Part shown: in pieces, positions 30,776 through 41,051 of the stretch
Layout of the letters: every line of letters starts with the position of its first letter
Numbering within the stretch: the first letter of the stretch is position 1
From: Bdellovibrionales bacterium
Lineage (GTDB): Bacteria; Bdellovibrionota; Bdellovibrionia; Bdellovibrionales; JAUICD01
Length of the DNA: 64,000 nucleotides
Assembly: GCA_965203875.1 (NCBI GenBank)
Contig: OZ241914.1
Location: forward strand, 269,209-333,208
Direction: 5' to 3'
The notes under the pieces: model-generated
What the model was told of the DNA's origin: nothing
Database searches by the model: none
What the model saw: the letters and a program-made list of their open reading frames with translations, nothing else
Translations under genes and position numbers: made by a program

Positions 30776-31242
30776 TGGCAAATGTTGAAGAAAGTGGTGG
30801 TGGAAGGGAGATAAACTCAGAACCTAACATCATACCTTTTATAGATTTGATGAGTGTGTGTATTATATTCTTGCTTTTAACAGCAGTGTGGACACAAGTA
30901 TCTATGATCCAAATAGGTAGCTCTGTATACGGCAAAAAAACTAGCGAAGAAGAAAAACCTCCTCCGCCTCCAAAAGTACCAATGGTGCTTCAAGTATATG
31001 ATAGAGGTTTTGTAATAAACCTGGCAGGAACTAGAACAAGTATACCTAAGGCAGATGATGAATTTGATCAAAGATCATTGATATTAGCCCTTCAAGACAT
31101 AAAAGATAAATATCCTGACAAAAAAGATGCAATGATCTCAGTTGATGAAAAACTTAATTACGAAAATCTCATTGTAGGTATGGATAGCCTTTTGTTATCC
31201 GGATTTCCAGATGTGACAATACAAACTGGGAGAGTTAGGTAA
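30775..31242 (+). CDS. ExbD/TolR family protein (AglQ/AglS-like)
   Basis: NIIPFIDLMSVCIIFLL TM segment with the conserved Asp. Confidence 0.9.
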   Translation: MANVEESGGGREINSEPNIIPFIDLMSVCIIFLLLTAVWTQVSMIQIGSSVYGKKTSEEEKPPPPPKVPMVLQVYDRGFVINLAGTRTSIPKADDEFDQRSLILALQDIKDKYPDKKDAMISVDEKLNYENLIVGMDSLLLSGFPDVTIQTGRVR

Positions 31243-31868
31243 TGCCTATATACGCTCCTGGAAAAAGATATAAAGGAAGAGCAGCGGGGTTTAAATCGGG
31301 TAGAAAATTAGTTGCACAACTTTCCTTAACAGCCATGGTGGATATGTTCACAGTCTTGGTGGTGTTTTTGCTTATGAACTATAAAACTACTGAAACGGTT
31401 TTATATATTCCAAAAGAAGTAACTCTTCCAGAAGCCAGCGAAATTAAAGAATTACAGCCAGCACATGTTGTTACAGTAACCGATGCAGAAGTGTATTTAG
31501 ATAAAGAGTTAGTAGCTACTTATGAAGAAGTCAAGCAGCAAACTAGCTGGATGATTGAAAGACTTAGATATAGAATTCAAGAGATGTTTAGAGAAGATGA
31601 TGTAGAATTTAACGAAAGATTAAATACTGTTTTGAGATCAGCTGTTGGCCAAATAGATGAAGAAGAAAAACTCAGAGAAAAAGACAACAGACGAAAGATC
31701 ACAATACAAGCTGATAAAGAAACAGATTTTCTAACAATTAAAAAAGTTATGTATACAGTTAGTGAAGCAGGAGCTAAAGAAATTAGCTTTGCTGTTAATT
31801 CTATACCACCTGATAAAGGTATAACCGAGATACTTAGACATTTTGATCTAAAAGATCTGCCTAATTGA
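31242..31868 (+). CDS. ExbD/TolR family protein (AglQ/AglS-like)
   Basis: LTAMVDMFTVLVVFLL and IQADK motifs. Confidence 0.9.
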   Translation: MPIYAPGKRYKGRAAGFKSGRKLVAQLSLTAMVDMFTVLVVFLLMNYKTTETVLYIPKEVTLPEASEIKELQPAHVVTVTDAEVYLDKELVATYEEVKQQTSWMIERLRYRIQEMFREDDVEFNERLNTVLRSAVGQIDEEEKLREKDNRRKITIQADKETDFLTIKKVMYTVSEAGAKEISFAVNSIPPDKGITEILRHFDLKDLPN

Positions 31869-31872
31869 TCAT

Positions 31873-32463
31873 TTATTCTGGTTTTTTAGCAGTCAGCCAC
31901 CCTGTAACACATTGACTTAATGCTCTGTCAGCCGGAATATCAACCTCAGTTACCTGTTCTTTAGGTAACAAAACAGTGTAACCGCCTATTTGATAACTCA
32001 TTGGCAAATATACAGCAACATAACCGCTGTTGTCTTTTACTAAATTTAGCCCATCTAAATTATCTCTTGTTAAAAAGCCTACTAACTTTCTATTTTGATC
32101 AAAATCTACTGTAACAACTTTCCCTATATCGCCTTTAGACTGAGCAAACATGGCGGTTATATCTTTAACAGAGTTATAGATGGTTTTTATGAGTGGTATT
32201 TTCCCAACAATTTTTTCACCAAGATTAAACAGCCATCTTGCTACCCATGCATTTAAAACAAATCCAATAATAAAGATAAGTATTAATATAAATATTAACC
32301 CCATACCTGGAACGTAAGCTATGTTATTAGGAAGAAGGCTTTTGATAGTGTTAGCCAGAATTTTTTCGGTAGTTTGAAACAACCATACTAATAAGAAGAC
32401 TGTTGCAGTGATAGGTACAATAGTAATAAGGCCTTTTATAAAAGTTCTTTTTATGCTTGCCAT
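31873..32463 (-). CDS. DUF502 family membrane protein
   Basis: FIKGLITIVPI, IPLIKTIYNSVKD, VGFLT and VYLP motifs. Confidence 0.85.
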   Translation of the reverse strand: MASIKRTFIKGLITIVPITATVFLLVWLFQTTEKILANTIKSLLPNNIAYVPGMGLIFILILIFIIGFVLNAWVARWLFNLGEKIVGKIPLIKTIYNSVKDITAMFAQSKGDIGKVVTVDFDQNRKLVGFLTRDNLDGLNLVKDNSGYVAVYLPMSYQIGGYTVLLPKEQVTEVDIPADRALSQCVTGWLTAKKPE

Positions 32464-32506
32464 TTACTCTCCTTTTTAACTTATAACTAGGATTATTAAA
32501 GAAGGA

Positions 32507-34864
32507 TTAGCTGCCACATGAAATACATTCTTCATTGTTTTCGATGGAGCAAATCATGGATTCCATATTTACTTCGTTGTTATCTGTGTTATCTAATTCT
32601 GATTTATCTACACTAAATTGAATAGCCTGTGCTGCCGCTTGTGTTCTTAGGTAATACATTCCAGTTTTTAAACCACGTTCCCAGGCATAAAAATGCATGG
32701 ACGACATTTTTCCAAAATCTGGCTTTTGTAAGAAAAGATTTAAACTTTGACTTTGATCAATAAATGCCCCTCTATCCATCGCCATATCAATCAGAGTTTT
32801 TTGAGAAATCTCCCAGACAGTCTTATATAGAGGTTTTATCTTATCAGGAATCTCTTCAATATTTTGTATAGAACCATTGTTTAAAATAATTTTATCTTTT
32901 AGGCGACTATTCCATAAACCCAAATCTATCAAATCGTTCATTAAATGTTTGTTTACTATAGTAAACTCGCCAGATAAAACACGTCTTGTATAAATATTAG
33001 TGGTGTAGGGTTCTATACATTCATTATTTGCTAACATCTGAGAAGTAGAAGCGGTTGGCATAGGAGCTATCAATAGACTGTTTCTTATTCCATGCTTTTT
33101 GATATCAGCTTTTAATTCCTCCCAATTCCACATTGAAGAAGACGGTTTAATTCCCCACATATCAAACTGTAAGATACCTTTGCTGGCAGGAGAGCCTTTA
33201 AATGAACTATAAGGACCATATTTTTTGGCCAACTCCATACTCTTTTTTAGTGATGCAAAGTAAATAGTTTCAAAAATATTTTTATTTAAAGTTTTTGCTT
33301 TTTCAGATTCAAATGGCATTCTCAATAAGATAAATGCATCTGCTAATCCCTGCACACCTATTCCAATTGGTCTATGTCTGAAGTTTGAATTTTCAGATTC
33401 TTTAATGGGATAAAAATTTAGATCTATTATTTTGTTTAAGTTTTCGGTTATTGTCTGAGTAACCTCAAATAAGCGTTTATAGTCAAATTGATTTTTGTTA
33501 CAGAATTTTGGAAGGGCTATCGATGCTAGATTGCAGACTGCTACTTCATCTTTTGAAGTGTATTGAATTATCTCCGTACAAAGGTTGCTAGACTTTATTG
33601 TACCTAGGTTTTTTTGGTTTGATTTATGGTTGGCACTATCCTTGTAGAGCATATAAGGAGTACCTGTTTCTATTTGTGATTCTAAAATTTTGAACCAAAG
33701 CTCTCTTGCAGGTAGAGTTTTTCTGGCTTTATTTTCGTTTTCATATTTTGTATACAGCTTTTCAAACTCTTCGCCATAACAGTCACTCAAACCAGGTGCT
33801 TCATTTGGACAAAATAACGACCAGTTTTTACTTTCCTTTACTCTTCTCATAAATAGATCAGGTGTCCAGAGTGCATAGAACAAATCTCTAGCCCTGTTTT
33901 CTTCTTTACCGTGATTCTTCTTTAGGTCTAAGAAATCAAAAATATCAGCGTGCCATGGTTCAAGGTAAATAGCAAAAGCACCTTTTCGTTTTCCACCACC
34001 TTGATCGACATACCTAGCGGTGTCGTTATATACTCTCAACATTGGCAGAATTCCATTAGAGACGCCGTTTGTTCCACTGATATAACTGCCCTTAGCTCTT
34101 ATGTTATGTATGCTAAGCCCAACGCCTCCTGCGGATTGAGAAATCAATGCACATCTTTTTAAAGTTTCATATATTCCATCAATACTATCATCTGTCATGG
34201 ATAACAAAAAACATGATGACATCTGTGGTTTTGGAGTTCCAGAATTAAACAATGTAGGTGAAGCATGTGTAAACCATTTTTCAGACAGTAAATTATAGGT
34301 TTTGATAGCTGCATCTATGTCTTCTTTGTGTATACCTACAGCTACTCTCATCAACATATGCTGAGGCCTTTCTGCAACCTTGCCATTTAATTTTAGAAGG
34401 TAAGATCTTTCTAGAGTTTTAAACCCAAAATAGTCATATTCAAAATCTCTGCTGTATATGATAGAGGAATCTAAAATATCTTTGTTATCCAGTATTATTT
34501 TATAAACATCATCTGAGAGCAGAGGGGATTTCTGATTATTTTTAGGATTGATGTACTTATACAGTTTAGTCATGGTTTTGGAAAAAGACTTTTCTGTATT
34601 TTTATGTAAATTAGAAACCGCAATTCTAGCTGCCAATATAGCAAAATCTGGATGGGTTGTGGCTAAATAGGCTGCTGTTTCTGCAGCTAGATTGTCCAGC
34701 TCACTGGTCGAAACTCCGTCATAAACTCCTATAATTACCTTTTTTGCAACTTCTGTGGGGTCCACATATTCACTATCTAAAGAATAACAGAGCTTTCTTA
34801 TTCTTGAGGTAATCTTATCGAATTTGACAGCCTCTTTTTTACCACTTCTTTTTACCACATACAT
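32507..34864 (-). CDS. nrdA: Class Ia ribonucleotide reductase alpha subunit with ATP-cone
   Basis: N-terminal VVKRSG ATP-cone, [29 protein letters not shown] and C-terminal CISCGS. Confidence 0.97.
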   Translation of the reverse strand: MYVVKRSGKKEAVKFDKITSRIRKLCYSLDSEYVDPTEVAKKVIIGVYDGVSTSELDNLAAETAAYLATTHPDFAILAARIAVSNLHKNTEKSFSKTMTKLYKYINPKNNQKSPLLSDDVYKIILDNKDILDSSIIYSRDFEYDYFGFKTLERSYLLKLNGKVAERPQHMLMRVAVGIHKEDIDAAIKTYNLLSEKWFTHASPTLFNSGTPKPQMSSCFLLSMTDDSIDGIYETLKRCALISQSAGGVGLSIHNIRAKGSYISGTNGVSNGILPMLRVYNDTARYVDQGGGKRKGAFAIYLEPWHADIFDFLDLKKNHGKEENRARDLFYALWTPDLFMRRVKESKNWSLFCPNEAPGLSDCYGEEFEKLYTKYENENKARKTLPARELWFKILESQIETGTPYMLYKDSANHKSNQKNLGTIKSSNLCTEIIQYTSKDEVAVCNLASIALPKFCNKNQFDYKRLFEVTQTITENLNKIIDLNFYPIKESENSNFRHRPIGIGVQGLADAFILLRMPFESEKAKTLNKNIFETIYFASLKKSMELAKKYGPYSSFKGSPASKGILQFDMWGIKPSSSMWNWEELKADIKKHGIRNSLLIAPMPTASTSQMLANNECIEPYTTNIYTRRVLSGEFTIVNKHLMNDLIDLGLWNSRLKDKIILNNGSIQNIEEIPDKIKPLYKTVWEISQKTLIDMAMDRGAFIDQSQSLNLFLQKPDFGKMSSMHFYAWERGLKTGMYYLRTQAAAQAIQFSVDKSELDNTDNNEVNMESMICSIENNEECISCGS

Positions 34865-35131
34865 ATCAAACCCACATCCACGTATAGCTTAGGACAAGAC
34901 ACATTTATTAGCACTGCTTAGTGCAAGGTGTATATATAAAAGTTGAATGTCGCAATAGCAAAATTTCATGTGGCCTTGTAAATTCAAGCAGTTAAAGAAA
35001 TCTTGCTTAAAACTCCCTATACTATAGTATGAATTTAGATGTTGAAATAAGGCCACATCACCAGATCGTAAGTCTAGTTTTAGACTGATCACAAAATAGT
35101 TAAGTTTTTACTTGACCATTTAAGTACGGAT

Positions 35132-36097
35132 TTAAAAGTCAGCATCCAGCTTAAATACTTGATCCGTTCTATCAGCTCGCACACCTGATTTTTGATAATC
35201 ACCTACTCTTTTTTCAAAGAAGTTGGTTTTTCCCTGTAGAGATATAAGTTCCATCCAGTCAAATGGATTCTTAGCTTTGTATACTTTGTCAGAACCTAGG
35301 TTTAACAAAAGCCTATCTGCAACAAATTCAATATACTGACTCATCAATTCAGCGTTCATACCTATTAAACTCACTGGAAGAGCTGATGTAACAAAACTTT
35401 TTTCAATTTCTACAGCTTCTGTGATTATCTCTCTTACCACATCTATGTGAGGTTTTTGGTTAAGCAAATTAAACAACAAGCAGGCAAAGTCTGTGTGTAA
35501 ACCTTCATCTCTGCTTATAAGTTCGTTAGAAAACGTAAGGCCTGGCATAAGGCCACGTTTTTTTAACCAGAATATAGAACAAAAACTACCTGAGAAGAAA
35601 ATTCCTTCAACAGCAGCAAAGGCTATAAGTCTATGTGCAAATGAATCGCTGTCGTTTATCCATCTAAGAGCCCACTCGGCTTTTTGTTTTACAGCAGGGA
35701 TGGTCTCTATGGCATCAAACAGATATTGTTTTTCTTTTTCATCTTTTATGTAAGTATCGATAAGCAGGCTATAAGTCTCAGAATGTATGTTCTCCATCGC
35801 CATTTGAAAACCATAAAAACATCTGGCTTCTGGTATTTGAACTTCACTACAAAATTGTATTGCTAAGTTTTCGTTTACTATTCCGTCACTAGCGGCAAAA
35901 AATGCCAACACATGTTTTATAAAATGTTTTTCGTCCGAGTTCAGCTTAGCCCAATCACTCATATCGGCAGAAAGGTCTATTTCCTCCGCAGTCCAAAAAC
36001 TGGCCTCTGCCTTTTTATACATCTCCCAAACAGTAGGGTACTTTATTGGCAGTAATACAAATCTGTTCTTATTTTCTTTTAAAATTGGCTCTTGCAT
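35132..36097 (-). CDS. nrdB: Class Ia ribonucleotide reductase beta subunit
   Basis: [32 protein letters not shown] and SRDEGLH motifs. Confidence 0.97.
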   Translation of the reverse strand: MQEPILKENKNRFVLLPIKYPTVWEMYKKAEASFWTAEEIDLSADMSDWAKLNSDEKHFIKHVLAFFAASDGIVNENLAIQFCSEVQIPEARCFYGFQMAMENIHSETYSLLIDTYIKDEKEKQYLFDAIETIPAVKQKAEWALRWINDSDSFAHRLIAFAAVEGIFFSGSFCSIFWLKKRGLMPGLTFSNELISRDEGLHTDFACLLFNLLNQKPHIDVVREIITEAVEIEKSFVTSALPVSLIGMNAELMSQYIEFVADRLLLNLGSDKVYKAKNPFDWMELISLQGKTNFFEKRVGDYQKSGVRADRTDQVFKLDADF

Positions 36098-36306
36098 ACT
36101 CTACCTCTCTAGATAAGTAGTTTCTAACTTGAACCCATCTATGTAACAAGTCCATAATTGCATAAGGCTATAAAATTTTTATGAACCTATATTTAAACCC
36201 ATGATTATACTTAGAAGCTCTACTTGATTATGTCACGCTGGGTCTTAGCTTAAATATTAAACCTAACACTTGACAGATATTACACCTCCAACATTTTATT
36301 TTGTAA

Positions 36307-37125
36307 ATGAGCTGGTATGTGAACATAATTTTTCTCTTAACTGTGTCAGTGGCGAAAGCACAAACAGGGCCTGTAGAGACTGCTTTATCTGCGGCAGCAG
36401 TGGCAAAAAAAGGGGCTTATGCCGAACTTTTGATGCTTAACCCAGCGTCTATTTCTAGAGTGCATAGTGTGTATATGGGGGGATCAGCTCTATACGGGCA
36501 TGATGATAGATTTACATTTGATAATGATAAAGAGCATGAATATGTTTATCATGCTTATGCAATAGATACAGGTAGAGACTTATTATTTCCAGCCGCATTT
36601 TTTTACTCTAGAAAAGCTATAAAAGGTGGAGGTTATAAGAACAACTATTATATTGCGACCCTTTATGATATTAACCCAAACTTTACTGCTGGTTTAGGAG
36701 TCCATAGCTCTGATCGATTCTCAAATAACGATTTAAGGTTGGGGGTTATGTATAGCCCGTCTGATTTTGTAAATTTGGCAGCTTCCTACTATGGTTTTAT
36801 TAATAAAAATCACCTGGTTGTATTAGGAATAGAGTCCAAGCCAATCGAAAAAGTAAGTATACTTTTTGGAGCTAAACGCAGGAACTTGCCATACGCTACA
36901 TATAATGTAACAGACTTGGATACACAACTGAGCTTGGCTGTAGAGAATAGAATCTCTGATTTTACTATAAGACTGGGGGTAAATTCTTTTTTCTCCAAAC
37001 ATATTAAACAAAATAAGATACACATGTCTGGTGGATTAGGATACGAGGGACCAAAGATAAGCGCTAACTATGGACTTAATCTGGCTAATATGATACATAG
37101 TTTTGACTTAAACATTTACTTTTGA
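36307..37125 (+). CDS. Hypothetical outer-membrane beta-barrel-like protein
   Basis: Signal peptide, NPAS motif, amphipathic strands, terminal aromatic residue (NIYF). Confidence 0.6.
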   Translation: MSWYVNIIFLLTVSVAKAQTGPVETALSAAAVAKKGAYAELLMLNPASISRVHSVYMGGSALYGHDDRFTFDNDKEHEYVYHAYAIDTGRDLLFPAAFFYSRKAIKGGGYKNNYYIATLYDINPNFTAGLGVHSSDRFSNNDLRLGVMYSPSDFVNLAASYYGFINKNHLVVLGIESKPIEKVSILFGAKRRNLPYATYNVTDLDTQLSLAVENRISDFTIRLGVNSFFSKHIKQNKIHMSGGLGYEGPKISANYGLNLANMIHSFDLNIYF

Positions 37126-37142
37126 TAGGGACATCTACTTAT

Positions 37143-37271
37143 ATGGCATCTCCAACAAAGCAAACCAGATTAAGACGAAAAATGAAAAAGGCAAAAGCAG
37201 GTGCCTTGCGTAAAAAACGCAACAAAAATAAAGGCACGACCAAATCCAGACAAGAGCTATTTAAAGACTAG
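37143..37271 (+). CDS. Small highly basic protein (42 aa), absent from the ORF track
   Basis: ATG...TAG frame MASPTKQTRLRRKMKKAKAGALRKKRNKNKGTTKSRQELFKD, with AGGGA upstream. Confidence 0.6.
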   Translation: MASPTKQTRLRRKMKKAKAGALRKKRNKNKGTTKSRQELFKD

Positions 37272-37314
37272 AATACAGTGTTATATGCTTGGTTTCTAGC
37301 TACTCTGTAAAACA

Positions 37315-37524
37315 CTACAAGTGATCTACAGGAATGTCTCTATCCATAACGGTTTTTCGTTTTTGGGATTTAGCATTGTCCACACCTCTTTTGCACATAG
37401 CTTCCACCGCTTTTGAAAGCTGTTGTATAGCTGAGTTGGAAGTGCTGAACCCAAAATTATCCTTTATGTGTTTCTTGATCTTGCTAGTGACAACCAAAAC
37501 ACTCGCTAACAGAATTTCCGACAT
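37315..37524 (-). CDS. Bacterial histone-fold protein (Bd0055/HBb-like)
   Basis: VLVVTSKIKK..STS..AIQQLSKAVE.MC..GVDNAK..RKTVMDRDI..DHL closely resembles B. bacteriovorus Bd0055 as recalled from memory; AGGAGG RBS. Confidence 0.88.
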   Translation of the reverse strand: MSEILLASVLVVTSKIKKHIKDNFGFSTSNSAIQQLSKAVEAMCKRGVDNAKSQKRKTVMDRDIPVDHL

Positions 37525-37654
37525 CTAAACCTCCTTAAGCATAGTTGCCTTAAATGAAAGATTTTCAGAATACGATCAATGAACTAATTCAATTAATTAA
37601 GTCAATTAATTAAAGGATTTTTTAAAAGTATTTCTAAAAAAACAGCAAATTTGA

Positions 37655-38899
37655 CTATTCTCTGTGGATGGTTGCCCCCAAATTTTCCAATTTTTTGGCT
37701 ATTTTGTCATATCCTCGGTCTATATGATACGCCCTTTCAATGTGCGTGGTCCCCTTGGCTGCCAATCCTGCCAGCAATAAACTAGCACTGGCTCTTAGAT
37801 CTGTGGCCATAACTTGTGCTCCACGTAGCTGGCTTTTACCTCTTACAATAGCCACTCTGGCTTTGGAGGTTATATTAGCCCCTAGCCGATTAAGCTCCAA
37901 AACATGCATGAATCTATTTTCGAATATTGTTTCTGTAATCACGCTGCTTCCTGAGGCCTGAGTCATCAACGCCATAAATTGTGCCTGTAAATCTGTAGCA
38001 AATCCAGGGTAGGGAGTGGTGATAACATCAACTGGCTTTATTGTAGAGTCGCAAGTTATGTGAATATAGTCTGATGTTTTATTAATATTACATCCAGCTT
38101 CTACTAATTTTACTATCAAAGAATCCAGATGGTTGGGGTTACATATAACTTTAACATCGCCTTTGGTTATCGCACCGGCTATTAAGAATGTGCCAGCTTC
38201 CACTCTGTCTGGCATTATTTCATAAGTTGATGGTATTAGCTCCTTAACTCCTTCTATCTTTAAGACACTTGTTCCAATACCTTCTATATGAGCACCCATT
38301 TTTTTTAAATAGTGTGCAAGATCCATAATTTCAGGCTCTTTTGCTGCATTTTCTATAATTGTTGTACCGCAAGCAAGTACAGCAGCCATTAGTACATTTT
38401 CCGTCCCTCCAACACTGACTCCATCAAACACAACTCTGGAACCTTTCATATTATTACAGTGGGCATGTACATAGCCGTTTTTAATTTCGATACTAGCACC
38501 TAAACTTTTTAAACCATCTATGTGTTGATCTATAGGGCGTGTTCCAATAGCACACCCGCCAGGCAAACTGACATTCGCTTCTTTGTGCTTTACCAATAAT
38601 GGAGCCAAGCACAATATGCCTGCTCTCATCTGCTTAACCAAGTCATAAGGAGCTGTGGTGTTTGAAACATTGGTTGTGTCTACGGTTATCCTGTTAGCGT
38701 TTTGACTGGTAACAGCTCCAAAACCATCCAGTAATTTCAGAGCTAGATCTACGTCTTTTAAATTTGGAGTATTTGTAAATTCATGCTTTCCTTCAGCAAG
38801 TAAGGTAGAAAATAAAATAGGTAAAACAGAGTTTTTAGCTCCACTAACCTTTACCTCACCAACAAGTCTATTTTGACCTTCAATTACTATTTTTTGCAT
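37655..38899 (-). CDS. murA: UDP-N-acetylglucosamine 1-carboxyvinyltransferase
   Basis: SGAKNS, LPGGCAIGTRP with catalytic Cys, and TDLRAS motifs. Confidence 0.98.
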   Translation of the reverse strand: MQKIVIEGQNRLVGEVKVSGAKNSVLPILFSTLLAEGKHEFTNTPNLKDVDLALKLLDGFGAVTSQNANRITVDTTNVSNTTAPYDLVKQMRAGILCLAPLLVKHKEANVSLPGGCAIGTRPIDQHIDGLKSLGASIEIKNGYVHAHCNNMKGSRVVFDGVSVGGTENVLMAAVLACGTTIIENAAKEPEIMDLAHYLKKMGAHIEGIGTSVLKIEGVKELIPSTYEIMPDRVEAGTFLIAGAITKGDVKVICNPNHLDSLIVKLVEAGCNINKTSDYIHITCDSTIKPVDVITTPYPGFATDLQAQFMALMTQASGSSVITETIFENRFMHVLELNRLGANITSKARVAIVRGKSQLRGAQVMATDLRASASLLLAGLAAKGTTHIERAYHIDRGYDKIAKKLENLGATIHRE

Positions 38900-39702
38900 T
38901 TTTTTGCCTTTATCACTCTAGGCGTTCTTGATAAATCATCTAAGGACTCTATCATATAAAACCCATTTTTTCTAAAAATATCCCTAGCTTTATCGCTCTG
39001 ACCATCACCTATTTCAAAAAATACTAAACCGTCCGGTTTTAAAAAGTTATTTGCAAGCTTTGACCATTTATCAATACATTCCAAACCAGACATTCCAGAG
39101 AACAGTGCTTCCCATGGTTCATGATCTTTTACACAAGATTCTAGATCATCTAAATAAGAAACATAGGGAGGATTTGCAACCACACAATCATAATTTAAAC
39201 CTTCAAAATCTAGAACATCTATTCTTTCATATGAAAAGTTATTTGGATTGTGTAAAAGAAAATTTTTTTTAATAACTTGCACTGCTGCATCTGAACGTTC
39301 TATTGCATGTACTCTCACACTTTTTTTGCTCAATGCAACTGACATACCTATACAGCCAGAGCCTGAACCCATATCTAGAACAGAATGACCTGGCTTTAAA
39401 ACTTTTAAAACATTTTCAACTAATATCTCTGTTTCAACTCTTGGAATTAATACATCGGAAGTTATAAAAAAATTAAAACCATAAAACTGTGTTGAATTAA
39501 TCACATACTCCAAAGGTGTACCGTTATTTCTTCTGTCGATTAATTTTTTAAGCTTCATTTTTTGAGTTTTTGTCAGAGTTTTATCGACAAAAGGCAGCTG
39601 ATCTCTTTCTACTTGTAATACATAGCTTAACAGATACTGTGCATCTGATTTTGCATGTGTTACGTTGAGTGTTTTAGCTATGTCTTGTATGATTTTAACC
39701 AT
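38887..39702 (-). CDS. prmC: Release factor glutamine methyltransferase
   Basis: VLIPRVETE, DMGSGSG and NPPY motifs; follows prfA. Confidence 0.95.
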   Translation of the reverse strand: MVKIIQDIAKTLNVTHAKSDAQYLLSYVLQVERDQLPFVDKTLTKTQKMKLKKLIDRRNNGTPLEYVINSTQFYGFNFFITSDVLIPRVETEILVENVLKVLKPGHSVLDMGSGSGCIGMSVALSKKSVRVHAIERSDAAVQVIKKNFLLHNPNNFSYERIDVLDFEGLNYDCVVANPPYVSYLDDLESCVKDHEPWEALFSGMSGLECIDKWSKLANNFLKPDGLVFFEIGDGQSDKARDIFRKNGFYMIESLDDLSRTPRVIKAKKCKK

Positions 39703-40762
39703 CTTTTAAAGATTGAGTTTGAAAATGAGTTGTTACATGGTCTATCAGATCAGACATTTGTCCATTCATAACAGCACCTAAAGATTTAGTCGTATATCCC
39801 ATTCTATGATCGGTTATTCTGGATTGTGGAAAATTATATGTCCTTATTCGCTCTGATCTGTCTCCGGTTCCTATCTGTTGTAGTCGTTTTTTTGAAGCGT
39901 CTTGCATTTGTTTTTTGTTTTCCATATCCAGAAGCCGTGCATATAAAACTTTCATTGCTTTATTTTTATTTTTTAGTTGTGATTTTTCATCCTGACAAGA
40001 AACTACCATACCAGATGGAATGTGTTTGATCCTAACAGCAGAGTCGGTGGTATTTACATGTTGTCCTCCGCTTCCACTAGATCTATATACATCTATTTTT
40101 AGATCTTCTGGTTCTATTTTAATATCTATTTCGTTTGCTTCTGGTAATACCGCAACTGTGATAGTTGATGTATGGATTCTTCCTTGACTTTCGGTTTTAG
40201 GAACTCTTTGGACTCTATGTACTCCGCTTTCATATTTTAATTTGCTAAAAACTTTGTTCCCACTTAGAGCTGCTATTACTTCTTTGTAACCACCGGAATT
40301 TCCTTCGGATATTGAAATCACATCTACTTTCCATTTGTTGTTTAATGCGTACAGCCCATATGCTCTAAATAATTCTTCTGTGAATAAGCTAGCCTCATCC
40401 CCACCTGCTCCAGCTCTTAATTCTAAAATAATATTTTTATCATCGTTAGGGTCTTTAGGAGTAAGAAGCAATTTGAGTTGTGTCTCTAGCTTTTCTTTTT
40501 CTATTTTAAGGTCTGTAATTTCACTTTTGGCTAATTTACTTAATTCTGGATCATCTGTTTCATTAATTATTTCTTGGCTAGATTTTATTTGTTCTTCAAC
40601 TTTCTTAAATTGTCTATATACTTCTACGGTCTCTTTGATTTCTGAAAAATCTTTAATCAGTTTTTGATATAGAATTTTATCTTTGGCAACGTCCATTTTG
40701 GACAGTTTTTCTTCTATCTCTTCAAATCTACGACTGATGTCGTCTAAATTTTTAAACAACAT
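39695..40762 (-). CDS. prfA: Peptide chain release factor 1
   Basis: GVHRVQRVPKTE, GGQHVNTTDSAV and RIRTYNFPQ motifs. Confidence 0.98.
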   Translation of the reverse strand: MLFKNLDDISRRFEEIEEKLSKMDVAKDKILYQKLIKDFSEIKETVEVYRQFKKVEEQIKSSQEIINETDDPELSKLAKSEITDLKIEKEKLETQLKLLLTPKDPNDDKNIILELRAGAGGDEASLFTEELFRAYGLYALNNKWKVDVISISEGNSGGYKEVIAALSGNKVFSKLKYESGVHRVQRVPKTESQGRIHTSTITVAVLPEANEIDIKIEPEDLKIDVYRSSGSGGQHVNTTDSAVRIKHIPSGMVVSCQDEKSQLKNKNKAMKVLYARLLDMENKKQMQDASKKRLQQIGTGDRSERIRTYNFPQSRITDHRMGYTTKSLGAVMNGQMSDLIDHVTTHFQTQSLKDG

Positions 40763-40968
40763 TACTTTTTAACGTTGAATTTGGCGTATCGTTTGTTAAA
40801 TCTCTCAACCCTGCCTTCTACGTCTACCAATTTTTGCTTACCGGTATAGAATGGGTGGCATGCATTACAGATATCTATATTTATTTCGGGTAAAGTTGAA
40901 CCTGTAGAAAAAGAATTTCCACAAACACATTTTACCTTAGCATCTTTATACCAATTTATTGTTTTCAT
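40762..40968 (-). CDS. rpmE: 50S ribosomal protein L31 (zinc-binding type)
   Basis: [19 protein letters not shown]. Confidence 0.96.
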   Translation of the reverse strand: MKTINWYKDAKVKCVCGNSFSTGSTLPEINIDICNACHPFYTGKQKLVDVEGRVERFNKRYAKFNVKK

Positions 40969-41051
40969 ATCTTAGCTACCAGAACCTATAAAAAATTTGT
41001 TTTTATTGCAAGCCAAGCCTGCACATGTAGTATAAAATTTTCTATATTTTA

